Of a stretch of DNA of 64,000 nt, positions 50,551-60,109 are shown piece by piece. Position 1 is the stretch's first letter. The number at the start of each line of letters is the position of its first letter. This DNA comes from an uncultured bacterium (GTDB taxonomy: Bacteria; Margulisbacteria; Marinamargulisbacteria; SXXA01), in the NCBI GenBank assembly GCA_903864835.1, contig CAIPHK010000032.1:3230-67229 (forward strand), in the 5' to 3' direction. The translations under genes and the position numbers were made by a program. A model generated the notes under the pieces. It saw only the letters and a program-made list of their open reading frames with translations. It made no database searches and was not told the DNA's origin.

Positions 50551-51749
50551 TGATGACAATGCACACTCCCGTGATCGACGATTCTTCCCGTTACGTTACA
50601 GTAAATTTAGGACCTACCCATCCTGCGACTCACGGCATTCTTCAAAACATCATTCAATTGGATGGCGAGCGGATCGTGTCCGCGATTCCAACCATTGGGT
50701 ATATCCACCGCGCCTTTGAAAAGCTTGCTGAACATCGCCCCTATTATCAAATCACGCCACTGACCGACCGCCTCAACTATTGTTCATCTCCAATTAATAA
50801 TTTGGGATGGTTTCTTACCGTTGAAAAGCTGCTCAACGTCCAAACTCCGAAACGGGTCGACTATTTACGCATCATCGTGATGGAATTGGCTCGAATTTCC
50901 GATCATATTATTTGCAACACGATTGTGGGTGTAGATACCGGCGCGTTTTCTGGATTTTTATATCTATTTCAACACAGAGAATTGATCTACGAAATCTACG
51001 AAGAACTGTCTGGAAGTCGGTTAACAACCAATATCGGACGAATCGGTGGATTTGAACGTGACTTTAGTGACGTGGCGTTTCAAAAACTCCGTAAATTTCT
51101 TGATACATTTCCGGCTGCCCTCAAAGAATTTGAGGTGTTGTTTAATCGAAATCGAATCTTTATGGATCGAACCATCAATGTCGGCGCAATTTCCGCTGAA
51201 CGGGCACTCAATTATGGATTTACGGGGCCTAACCTTCGGGCAACCGGCGTTGATTACGACGTTCGAGTAGCCTCCCCCTATTCGTCGTACGAGGACTTTG
51301 ATTTTGATGTTCCGGTTGGGACCAGTGGGGATACCTATGATCGATTTATGGTCCGAAATGAAGAAATGTGGCAAAGCCTCCGTATTATTGAACAGGCGCT
51401 TAAAAATCTACCTGATGGGCCCTATCACGCCGATGTTCCAGAATTTTATTTACCGCCTAAAGAGGCCGTTTATAATTATATGGAGGCCCTGATTTATCAC
51501 TTCAAAATTGTAATGGGCGAAATTCCGGTTCCAGTCGGAGAAGTGTATCATAGTGTTGAGGGTGGCAACGGCGAACTTGGATTTTATCTCGTGAGTGATG
51601 GCGGCCGGACGCCATTCCGACTTCACTTCCGCCGACCTTGCTTTATTTATTATCAAGCATACCCAGAGATGGTCATAGGATCATTACTGTCAGACGCAGT
51701 AATCACCCTCAGTAGTCTCAATGTAATTGCAGGAGAGTTAGACGCATAA
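50550..51749 (+). CDS. nuoD: NADH-quinone oxidoreductase subunit D.
   Basis: 'NLGPTHPATHG' and 'RIGGFERDF' are NuoD signatures. 399 aa. Confidence 0.9.
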   Translation: MMTMHTPVIDDSSRYVTVNLGPTHPATHGILQNIIQLDGERIVSAIPTIGYIHRAFEKLAEHRPYYQITPLTDRLNYCSSPINNLGWFLTVEKLLNVQTPKRVDYLRIIVMELARISDHIICNTIVGVDTGAFSGFLYLFQHRELIYEIYEELSGSRLTTNIGRIGGFERDFSDVAFQKLRKFLDTFPAALKEFEVLFNRNRIFMDRTINVGAISAERALNYGFTGPNLRATGVDYDVRVASPYSSYEDFDFDVPVGTSGDTYDRFMVRNEEMWQSLRIIEQALKNLPDGPYHADVPEFYLPPKEAVYNYMEALIYHFKIVMGEIPVPVGEVYHSVEGGNGELGFYLVSDGGRTPFRLHFRRPCFIYYQAYPEMVIGSLLSDAVITLSSLNVIAGELDA

Positions 51750-52306
51750 TGACGCCCCAATTTAGTTCACAGACATTGTCCAATATCGAGATATTAAAAA
51801 CACGGTATCCAGTTGAGCAATCTAAATCGGCGTTACTCCCGATACTCCATATGGCTCAGGCCGAATTTGGGGGCTATCTTAGCCGAGAATCGATGGATTA
51901 CGTTGCATCTCTACTCAATTTGCAACCGATAGAAGTCTACGAAGTGGCAACGTTTTACACGATGTTCCACCTAAAACCCACCGGAAAATATGTTCTTGAG
52001 GTTTGCCGAACGGGTCCCTGTGCCTTATCGGGTGCCGAACATATCGTCGACTACCTCAAGCAGAAACTGGGGGTAGATCTTAATCAGACCACCCCCGACG
52101 GTTTATTTACCATCAAAGAGGTTGAATGCCTTGCATCGTGTGGGAGCGGTCCGGTTTTGCAGGTGGGCGAATGTTACGTTGAAAATTTAACGGATCAGCG
52201 CGTTGACTCGATGTTGGCTGCGCTTAAAAGTGGTGAGTTGTCGGATAACGAGCCCACCCCCGCCCATTCCATTTTGTTTCGAACCTGTGGAGACAAACAA
52301 TCATGA
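51749..52306 (+). CDS. nuoE: NADH-quinone oxidoreductase subunit E (2Fe-2S).
   Basis: 'CRTGPCALSGAEH' and 'CLASCGSGPV' Cys motifs. Confidence 0.85.
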   Translation: MTPQFSSQTLSNIEILKTRYPVEQSKSALLPILHMAQAEFGGYLSRESMDYVASLLNLQPIEVYEVATFYTMFHLKPTGKYVLEVCRTGPCALSGAEHIVDYLKQKLGVDLNQTTPDGLFTIKEVECLASCGSGPVLQVGECYVENLTDQRVDSMLAALKSGELSDNEPTPAHSILFRTCGDKQS

Positions 52307-53640
52307 GTAGAAAAATTCTTCTGGAAAATGGGGATATTTCAGGGATCGATCAGTTCGATATCTACCGTCAGCACGGCGGCTACCAATCGGTTGAAAAAGC
52401 AATAAAAACGATGACCCCTCTTGAGGTGGTTGATGAAGTAAAAAAGTCGGGTTTACGTGGACGTGGGGGTGCAGGATTCTCAACTGGAATGAAATGGTCA
52501 TTTCTGGATCGAAAAAGCGATAAGCCGCGATATCTTGTGTGTAACGCCGACGAAAGCGAACCTGGTACCTTTAAAGACCGCTACCTTATGGAAAAAATAC
52601 CCCATCGGTTAATCGAAGGAATGATTGTGTCTAGTTACGCACTGGGCGCATCCCGGGCCTATATTTACATCCGAGGGGAATTGATGTGGCTCGCCAAGCG
52701 ATTGGAAAATGCCATTGGTGAGGCGAAAGCGCACGGTCTTTTGGGCGACAATATTCTGGGATCCGACTATTCTCTCGATTTGGTGGTTCATCCCGGTGGG
52801 GGGGCCTATATTTGTGGCGAAGAAAGCGCGCTATTGGAGTCATTAGAAGGGAAACGGGGATACCCCCGACTCAAGCCTCCTTTCCCTGCGATCTCGGGTT
52901 TATATGGGTGTCCTACCGTTATCAATAACGTGGAATCCATTGCTGCTGTCCCGTGGATTGTGACCCATGGCGGGGAAGAATATTCCAAAATCGGGATTGA
53001 AAAGAGTTCAGGAACCAAATTGATTTCGGCGTCGGGCCATATTAATCGTCCGGGTGTGTATGAAATTGAATTAGGGTTGCCCGTGGAAGAGTTTATCTAT
53101 TCCGATGCCTACTGTGGCGGAATCCGAAACGGCAGAACATTAAAAGCCGTTGTTGCGGGTGGATCGTCGGTCCCTATCCTACCTGCCGAATTGATATTAC
53201 GAACGGCAGCTGGAATCCCTAGATTGATGACCTACGAATCATTGTCTGACGGAGGGTTTCAGACGGGAACAATGCTCGGTTCGGGTGGATTTATAGTGAT
53301 GGATGATACGACTTGCATTGTACGAAATACCTGGAACTTTGCCCGTTTCTATCATCATGAATCCTGTGGCCAATGCAGTCCGTGCCGAGAAGGAACGGGT
53401 TGGATGGAAAAAGTCTTGCATCGTATCGAACATGGACACGGGACCCCCAAAGATATCGATTTATTGGTCGATATTGCCAAGAAAATCGAAGGTAAAACGA
53501 TTTGTGCATTGGGCGACGCTGCCGCTTGGCCCATTGCGAGTGCGATTCGGCATTTTCGTCATGAATTTGAATATCATATTGCTCACCCCGATAAGATCAC
53601 CGATCCCGACCACGTCTATCAACCAATGGGCACGAAATAG
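52303..53640 (+). CDS. nuoF: NADH-quinone oxidoreductase subunit F (FMN, NADH-binding, 4Fe-4S).
   Basis: 'GRGGAGFSTGMKW' and 'ESCGQCSPCREG'. Confidence 0.9.
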   Translation: MSRKILLENGDISGIDQFDIYRQHGGYQSVEKAIKTMTPLEVVDEVKKSGLRGRGGAGFSTGMKWSFLDRKSDKPRYLVCNADESEPGTFKDRYLMEKIPHRLIEGMIVSSYALGASRAYIYIRGELMWLAKRLENAIGEAKAHGLLGDNILGSDYSLDLVVHPGGGAYICGEESALLESLEGKRGYPRLKPPFPAISGLYGCPTVINNVESIAAVPWIVTHGGEEYSKIGIEKSSGTKLISASGHINRPGVYEIELGLPVEEFIYSDAYCGGIRNGRTLKAVVAGGSSVPILPAELILRTAAGIPRLMTYESLSDGGFQTGTMLGSGGFIVMDDTTCIVRNTWNFARFYHHESCGQCSPCREGTGWMEKVLHRIEHGHGTPKDIDLLVDIAKKIEGKTICALGDAAAWPIASAIRHFRHEFEYHIAHPDKITDPDHVYQPMGTK

Positions 53641-53649
53641 AAGGACCTT

Positions 53650-54567
53650 GTGATGGTAAAAATAACAATTGATGGAATAGAAATTGAAGTGGCAGCCGGG
53701 ACAACGATTCTTGATGCTGCTCGCCAAATCAATCCGGAAACCGCTCCTCCTGCGATGTGTTTTCATTCAAAGTTAGAGGGAAGCGGAGGGAAATGTCGGA
53801 CGTGTCTGGTTAAAGTAACCAAGACGTCGCCATCCAATCCCCGCCCAATGCCTAAATTAGCACCATCCTGCCGCACATTCGTCGAGGATGGGATGGAAGT
53901 TGAAAATAATCGATCAGAAGAAGTTCTTGAGGCCCGAAAAGGGGTGGTTGAGCTACTTCTCATTAATCATCCACTCGATTGCCCGATCTGTGATCAAGCT
54001 GGTGAATGCGATTTGCAGAATCTTGCATTTGAACACGGTGCTGAAACTACGGACTACCAAGAAGAGCGGCGACGATTTCCAGCCAAGGCCATTGGTGACT
54101 TGATCCAACTTCAAATGAACCGATGTATTCTCTGTTTTAGGTGTGTCTATGTGGCAGATCAACTGACCGACGGACGACACCATGGGGTTTTGGGGCGTGG
54201 GGATTCCTCTGAAATCGGGACATATATTGAAGCTGCAATAGATAACGATTTCTCCGGGAATATGATCGACGTGTGCCCGGTTGGGGCGTTAACAGACCGA
54301 ACCTTCCGATTTAAAAGTCGGGTATGGTTTTCGAAACCGATGGCTGCCCATCGGACTTGCGAAAAATGCTGTGGTAACGCCGTGTTATGGCTCAAAGGCA
54401 ACGAGATACTTCGGGTTAGCGGACGTCGAAACGACGTAGGTGAAGTGACTGAATTTATATGTAATACCTGCCGTTTTGACACAAAATCGCTTCATCTCTG
54501 GGAAGTTGAAGGACCGGCTCGAATCAGCCGAGACTCTGTCATTTCTCAAAATCACACCCCATCATGA
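53650..54567 (+). CDS. nuoG: NADH-quinone oxidoreductase subunit G, a short form of 305 aa carrying only the N-terminal Fe-S domains.
   Basis: 2Fe-2S 'CFHSKLEGSGGKCRTC', His-ligated cluster 'HPLDCPICDQAGECDLQ' and 4Fe-4S 'CILCFRCV...CPVGAL'. nuoH starts at 54564, so there is no room for the molybdopterin-like domain. Confidence 0.8.
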   Translation: MMVKITIDGIEIEVAAGTTILDAARQINPETAPPAMCFHSKLEGSGGKCRTCLVKVTKTSPSNPRPMPKLAPSCRTFVEDGMEVENNRSEEVLEARKGVVELLLINHPLDCPICDQAGECDLQNLAFEHGAETTDYQEERRRFPAKAIGDLIQLQMNRCILCFRCVYVADQLTDGRHHGVLGRGDSSEIGTYIEAAIDNDFSGNMIDVCPVGALTDRTFRFKSRVWFSKPMAAHRTCEKCCGNAVLWLKGNEILRVSGRRNDVGEVTEFICNTCRFDTKSLHLWEVEGPARISRDSVISQNHTPS

Positions 54568-55595
54568 CTCATTCATTTTTTCTATTTAGTATTGAGAAAC
54601 TTATTTTGGCCAGCATCGTTTTTGGGATTACTCTGGTCGTAGCGATGTATAGCACCCTCGCAGAACGAAAATTTGCCGCGTTTTTCCAAGACCGGCTGGG
54701 GCCTGACCGCGCTGGGCCTTTTGGAATGTTCCAACCATTGGCGGATGGCCTTAAGTTTTTCTTTAAAGAAGAGTTTATTCCTGCAAAAGCCGACAAATTT
54801 CTATTTATACTAGGGCCAAGTATCGCGATGGTGATGTCTTGCATGAGTGGAGCAGTGATTCCATGGGGAGATCGATTAACCCTGTTTGGTCACTCTGTCT
54901 CCCTCCAAATTGCGGATATCAATATTGGTGTTCTGTACATCTTTGCAGTGGTTTCTTTAGGCGTATACGGCGTGATATTGGGTGGGTGGGCATCTAATAA
55001 TAAATTCGCTTTGTTGAGTGCAATACGGGCATCATCACAGATGATCAGTTACGAATTGGCCATGGGGTTGTCTCTGATTGCGTTGGTAATGACGACCGGA
55101 ACATTGAGTTTGGGCAGCATTGTCCATCAGCAAGTCGGCTTTCATTGGAACGTATTCTTTCAACCGATTGGGTTTCTTGTCTTTATGATTTGTTCCTTTG
55201 CGGAAACCAATCGAACACCGTTTGATTTACCTGAATGCGAAACGGAATTGGTTGGCGGTTATCATACGGAATATAGCAGCATGAAACTTGGATTTTACTT
55301 ATTTGCCGAATATATCAATATGTTTGTGGCATCTGCAGTAATGGCCACCCTATATTTTGGCGGCTATCAGATTCCGGGAATTTCTCATCTGGGGTTGTCG
55401 CCTAATCTCGTCACACTTTTGGGCTCTGGGTTTTTGTTTGTCAAAATATTTGGATTCATCTTTTTGTTTATGTGGGTCCGATGGACGGTTCCTCGATTTC
55501 GATATGACCAATTGATGCGTTTAGGCTGGAATGTCCTTCTTCCAATTTCAATGATTAACCTTATTGTGACCGGTGCCATATTGGTGCTACGTTAA
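54564..55595 (+). CDS. nuoH: NADH-quinone oxidoreductase subunit H.
   Basis: 'AERKFAAFFQDRLGPDRAGPFGMFQPLADGLK' is a NuoH signature. Confidence 0.9.
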   Translation: MTHSFFLFSIEKLILASIVFGITLVVAMYSTLAERKFAAFFQDRLGPDRAGPFGMFQPLADGLKFFFKEEFIPAKADKFLFILGPSIAMVMSCMSGAVIPWGDRLTLFGHSVSLQIADINIGVLYIFAVVSLGVYGVILGGWASNNKFALLSAIRASSQMISYELAMGLSLIALVMTTGTLSLGSIVHQQVGFHWNVFFQPIGFLVFMICSFAETNRTPFDLPECETELVGGYHTEYSSMKLGFYLFAEYINMFVASAVMATLYFGGYQIPGISHLGLSPNLVTLLGSGFLFVKIFGFIFLFMWVRWTVPRFRYDQLMRLGWNVLLPISMINLIVTGAILVLR

Positions 55596-55603
55596 AGTAT
55601 CCA

Positions 55604-56143
55604 ATGAAACCACTCACCAACCGGTCCAAAACGGTATCAAATAAAACAATGACGCTGATGGAGCGACTTTACTTGCCAGCCATTGTGAAGGGCATGGCCA
55701 TTACGTTGAGACATTTTTTCAAGAAAAAAGTAACCATCCGTTATCCTGAAGAAACACGGCCATTTAGCCCGATTTATCGGGGCCTTCATGTATTGAAGCG
55801 TGACGATACAGGCGCGGAACGGTGTACTGCCTGCGGATTATGCGCGATCGCGTGCCCTGCTGAGGCGATTACAATGGACGCTGCAGAGCGGAAACCCGGT
55901 GAAGAACGCTTATATCGGGAAGAAAAATACGCCTCCACCTACGAAATCAATATGTTGCGGTGTATTTTTTGTGGGCTCTGTGAAGAAGCCTGTCCCAAAG
56001 AAGCCATTTTTTTAACCGATCGAATATTGCCCTCAGGCACCACTCGAAAAAGCTTTATTTGGGGCAAAGATCGACTCGTGGAAACCGAATCCAATCGGAT
56101 CGATATCAGTAAACGCCATTTTTATTACAAGGACGAAAAATAG
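55604..56143 (+). CDS. nuoI: NADH-quinone oxidoreductase subunit I (2x 4Fe-4S).
   Basis: 'CTACGLCAIACP' and 'CIFCGLCEEACP'. Confidence 0.9.
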   Translation: MKPLTNRSKTVSNKTMTLMERLYLPAIVKGMAITLRHFFKKKVTIRYPEETRPFSPIYRGLHVLKRDDTGAERCTACGLCAIACPAEAITMDAAERKPGEERLYREEKYASTYEINMLRCIFCGLCEEACPKEAIFLTDRILPSGTTRKSFIWGKDRLVETESNRIDISKRHFYYKDEK

Positions 56144-56641
56144 ATGCCGGTTTTTTTTGGAATCATTGCGACGACAATAATTCTTAGTGGTCTTGGGGTT
56201 ATCCTCTCGAAACGACCTGTCTACTCGATTTTGTCCTTGATCATTTGCTTGTATGCAATGGGTGCATTATACCTGACCCTTCACGCTGAATTTTTGGCGA
56301 TCGTCCATTTAATCGTCTATGCCGGGGCAATTATGGTTTTATTTTTATTCGTTATTATGTTGATGAATCTTGACCGACCCGAACATCTCAATCGGTCCAG
56401 ACTACTCCAATGGAGCGCCTTGGCCGTAGGTATTTCTTTAGTATTGGTCATCGGCTCTACGTTGTACACTCCGTCCGGACCCTGGGTTGTTGCGCCAATG
56501 GGATCAGTTCATGCGATTGGTCGCCTTCTATTTTCAAAATTTATTGTCCCGTTTGAATTGTCTGCCGTATTATTTCTTGCTGCCATTGTGGGCGTTGTAA
56601 TTACCGCAAAGGTTCCACACCCAGAGGGGGACACCGAATGA
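56144..56641 (+). CDS. nuoJ: NADH-quinone oxidoreductase subunit J.
   Basis: A 165-aa membrane protein in the conserved operon position. Confidence 0.8.
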   Translation: MPVFFGIIATTIILSGLGVILSKRPVYSILSLIICLYAMGALYLTLHAEFLAIVHLIVYAGAIMVLFLFVIMLMNLDRPEHLNRSRLLQWSALAVGISLVLVIGSTLYTPSGPWVVAPMGSVHAIGRLLFSKFIVPFELSAVLFLAAIVGVVITAKVPHPEGDTE

Positions 56642-56940
56642 TTCCGGTCGACTGGATATTGTTATTAGCTACCGTTTTGTTTTGTATTGGTGGAATTGGA
56701 GTGGCCATCCGGCGAAATGCGATCGTTGCATTAATGAGTATCGAACTCATGCTCAATGCGGGGATTCTGGCATTGGTCGCATCTGCCGCCCACCATGGCG
56801 ACTTAAACGGTCAAGTCGTTGTGTTATTCATAATGATGATTGCCGCTGCTGAAGCGTCTGTGGGACTGGCGATTATTACCACCGCATTTCGCAAACATTC
56901 CGAGGTCGATCTCGACCAATATTCATCACTCAAATGGTAA
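56638..56940 (+). CDS. nuoK: NADH-quinone oxidoreductase subunit K.
   Basis: A 100-aa three-TM protein with 'AAAEASVGLAI'. Confidence 0.85.
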   Translation: MIPVDWILLLATVLFCIGGIGVAIRRNAIVALMSIELMLNAGILALVASAAHHGDLNGQVVVLFIMMIAAAEASVGLAIITTAFRKHSEVDLDQYSSLKW

Positions 56941-58733
56941 TTACAGTTATTGAATTCTTACCGATTGCCATAATTCTGTCTCCGCTGTTGGGATGGGGAG
57001 TTTTGACGCTGCTGAGACCTTATCTATCCCGGATGTCTGCAGCCATAATTGCCAATGCGACGGTTGGATTTTCTGCAATATGCGTTGCGTTGTCGATCAA
57101 GACGGTCGTGGGCAATCATCCCCTGCATGTCGCCCTGTATGACTGGATATCAATTCCGGGATTCTCCCTCTCGTTTGGATTGAGTCTGGATCGGTTGTCA
57201 CTATTGATGGCGGCGATGGTGACCGGCGTCGGATTTTTGGTTCACTTATATTCGATTGGATATATGGCCAAAGATCCCCAATCCAATCGCTATTTTGGAT
57301 ATTTGAATTTGTTCGTCTTCTTTATGCTCGTGTTGGTGATGTCCGACAATATGGTCGGCACATTTATCGGTTGGGAAGGGGTCGGGCTATGTTCGTATCT
57401 CCTCATAGGATTCTGGAATACCAACCAAAGCTATCTCAAAGCCGCCACTAAAGCGTTTGTAATGAACCGGATTGGGGATGTTGGATTTGTGATTGCTATG
57501 GCAACAATTCTCTTGCACTTTGGGACTCTGAATTACCATGAGATTCTTCACCAAATACCGTACATCCAACTCAGTACAACCACCCTATTTGTGATTGGCT
57601 CAGCGTTGGTACTCGCCATTTCCGGAAAAAGTGCCCAGTTCCCACTCTACACATGGTTACCTGATGCAATGGCGGGCCCAACCCCTGTATCTGCATTAAT
57701 TCATGCCGCCACGATGGTTACCTCTGGCGTGTACTTGGTTAACCGAATGCATGGATTATTTGATCTATCGCAACCGACCCTGCAGCTTCTTTTAATGGTT
57801 GGAATTCTTACCACCCTTATCGGCGGGGTAACTGCAATTTTTCAAACCGATCTAAAAAAAATATTGGCCTATTCCACCGTGAGTCAATTGGGCTTTATGG
57901 TCATTGCATTGGGCTTAGGGTGTTACCAAGTTGCGTTGTTCCATATGCTGACTCACGCCTTTTTTAAGGCGCTCCTATTTTTGTCTGCGGGGAATGTGCT
58001 TCATGGACTTGCTGGCGAACAGGACATTCGAAAAATGGGTGGATTAAGAAAAATGTTACCAGTGACGACGGTGTTGATGGGAATCGGTGCAATTACGATT
58101 ATTGGACTCCCCCCTCTTTCCGGATTCTTTTCAAAAGAGGCGATATTTGCAGCGGCATTGAATCAGTCACCGTTCGCATTCGGGGCGCTGCTGATCGGAT
58201 CCTCATTGACCGTATTTTATATGGCAAGAATGATCTACTTCGTTTTCTTTGGGACATATCGTGGAAATGTAACCCATCCCCATGAGGGATCACTCAGTAT
58301 GCAACTGTCACTGGTCACCCTTGCGGCACTCAGCGTGATGGGTGGGCTATTTGGAACCGTGTTCCACCTTCCTGAGGCCCCCCATCCCGAATATCTATTG
58401 CCAGCAATTACCCTCGCCATAATCGCAGTATTTGGTATTGCAGGGGTTCTGTGGGCAAGGGCGCAATCGCTTAAAGAGATCGTGGAGGATCGTCTATTTT
58501 TTGGGTTAGATGCGCTCTATGACAGGGTCGTTGTAGATCCCTATTTGTTTACGTCGAGGATTGTTATTAATACGTTTGACCGATGGTTGAACCAAAGCGT
58601 TATGGGTATAGGACAAATGACCCGGCTGATTGGGGAGCTCGCTATTCGGCTCCAAACGGGCAACGTGGGAACCTATGTTGTTCTAATGCTTTTGGCAATT
58701 ATCGGACTCTTTTTGAAAGTGGTTATAAGGTAA
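56934..58733 (+). CDS. nuoL: NADH-quinone oxidoreductase subunit L.
   Basis: A 599-aa antiporter-like subunit with 'WLPDAMAGPTPVSALIHAATMVTSGVY'. Confidence 0.9.
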   Translation: MVITVIEFLPIAIILSPLLGWGVLTLLRPYLSRMSAAIIANATVGFSAICVALSIKTVVGNHPLHVALYDWISIPGFSLSFGLSLDRLSLLMAAMVTGVGFLVHLYSIGYMAKDPQSNRYFGYLNLFVFFMLVLVMSDNMVGTFIGWEGVGLCSYLLIGFWNTNQSYLKAATKAFVMNRIGDVGFVIAMATILLHFGTLNYHEILHQIPYIQLSTTTLFVIGSALVLAISGKSAQFPLYTWLPDAMAGPTPVSALIHAATMVTSGVYLVNRMHGLFDLSQPTLQLLLMVGILTTLIGGVTAIFQTDLKKILAYSTVSQLGFMVIALGLGCYQVALFHMLTHAFFKALLFLSAGNVLHGLAGEQDIRKMGGLRKMLPVTTVLMGIGAITIIGLPPLSGFFSKEAIFAAALNQSPFAFGALLIGSSLTVFYMARMIYFVFFGTYRGNVTHPHEGSLSMQLSLVTLAALSVMGGLFGTVFHLPEAPHPEYLLPAITLAIIAVFGIAGVLWARAQSLKEIVEDRLFFGLDALYDRVVVDPYLFTSRIVINTFDRWLNQSVMGIGQMTRLIGELAIRLQTGNVGTYVVLMLLAIIGLFLKVVIR

Positions 58734-58735
58734 GT

Positions 58736-60094
58736 ATGGATATTTCACATCTTCTGGTCGGGGGGCCCATCGCATTTGCTGTTATTTCGATCATTGTCGG
58801 GGACCGCTGGTCTCCCACGGCGTCTAATGTTCTTAATGTAATAACGGTAATTGCAACTGCGGTTGCTTTTGGCTTAATTCATCAAGGACGCTTGCCACTA
58901 TCTATCGATACGGTATCGCTCTTATTTGTTGCCATGACAACACTCACGGTTACGGCTGTATTAGCCGTCTCAAAGAGTAACACGCTGCGTTTCTCGCGAT
59001 TTGCAGCATTGGTTTTTTTGACTCAAATGGGGCTCAATCTTGCGTTTCTGCAGAACTCGGCACTGTGGTTTTATATCGGATGGGAGATTTCGTTGATCCC
59101 TGCCCTTCTCTTGGTATTTGGATGGGGTGGTCTAGGGCGAAAAGCCGTTGGGATGAAATTCTTACTTTATACTGTTGCGGGTAGTCTCGGGATGCTTGCT
59201 TCGGTTTTATACTTGTTTTCTCAAGCAGGAACAACGGATTGGACATTATTAAGTAACACCTTGCTGCCAGCCTCCGTACAGATGATTGCGTTTTTTGGCT
59301 TTTTTATTGCTTTTGCCGTAAAAATACCGATATTTCCTTTTCATAACTGGCAAGCCGATACGTATTCCGAATCAAATTTGCCGACCGCAATGTTGCTCTC
59401 CGCTGCATTTTCAAAATTGGGACTTTATGGGATTTACCGTTTAGTTACCGCAGTGGCGCCGGATATTACGCCCGTTGTTGCGCCATTCGTTATTGGACTA
59501 TGCTTGGTTGGTGCGATATACGGCGCCATTTTGGCGTTTTCTCAATCCAACATAAAACGGGTAATTGCATTTTCTTCGATGTCTCACCTCAATCTTGTGG
59601 CGGCGGGTTTCTTTGCGGGTCGGACTCTCGGCGTGTCTGGCGCCTTGCTCCAGTCAGTAGCTCACGTCGGAGTTGCGATTGGGCTATGGTGGGTGGTGGG
59701 GATTTTAAAGTCCCGATTTGGGCATACCCGTCTTCATGAACTTCCCGGCGGAATTGTGAATGAAAACCGATGGTTTACCGCTGCCTTTTTTATTATCGTG
59801 ATGGCGTCAATGGCAGTTCCACTCACTAGTGGATTCCCCGGAGAGCTCCTTATCATTCAGGGCATTGTTCATCGTGGTGTTCTTTTTGGAATATTGGCGG
59901 CAATACCCATGATACTGGGCGCCGTGTATATGTTAAGGACCTACCAAGCGGTGATGCTTGGCGACCGTATGGACTCCACATCGACCGTTCAATTGTCTTT
60001 TGTCGACTATGTTCTTGGAACAGGCGTTGTGGCTTATATATTTATTATTGGGCTTTATCCCCAACTCATCTTTCGATTACTTACACTTAATTAG
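58736..60094 (+). CDS. nuoM: NADH-quinone oxidoreductase subunit M.
   Basis: The ATG at 58736 (MDISHLLVGG) sits immediately after the nuoL TAA. The ORF-track start at 58583 lies inside nuoL. Confidence 0.85.
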   Translation: MDISHLLVGGPIAFAVISIIVGDRWSPTASNVLNVITVIATAVAFGLIHQGRLPLSIDTVSLLFVAMTTLTVTAVLAVSKSNTLRFSRFAALVFLTQMGLNLAFLQNSALWFYIGWEISLIPALLLVFGWGGLGRKAVGMKFLLYTVAGSLGMLASVLYLFSQAGTTDWTLLSNTLLPASVQMIAFFGFFIAFAVKIPIFPFHNWQADTYSESNLPTAMLLSAAFSKLGLYGIYRLVTAVAPDITPVVAPFVIGLCLVGAIYGAILAFSQSNIKRVIAFSSMSHLNLVAAGFFAGRTLGVSGALLQSVAHVGVAIGLWWVVGILKSRFGHTRLHELPGGIVNENRWFTAAFFIIVMASMAVPLTSGFPGELLIIQGIVHRGVLFGILAAIPMILGAVYMLRTYQAVMLGDRMDSTSTVQLSFVDYVLGTGVVAYIFIIGLYPQLIFRLLTLN

Positions 60095-60109
60095 AACGGA
60101 CACCCATCA

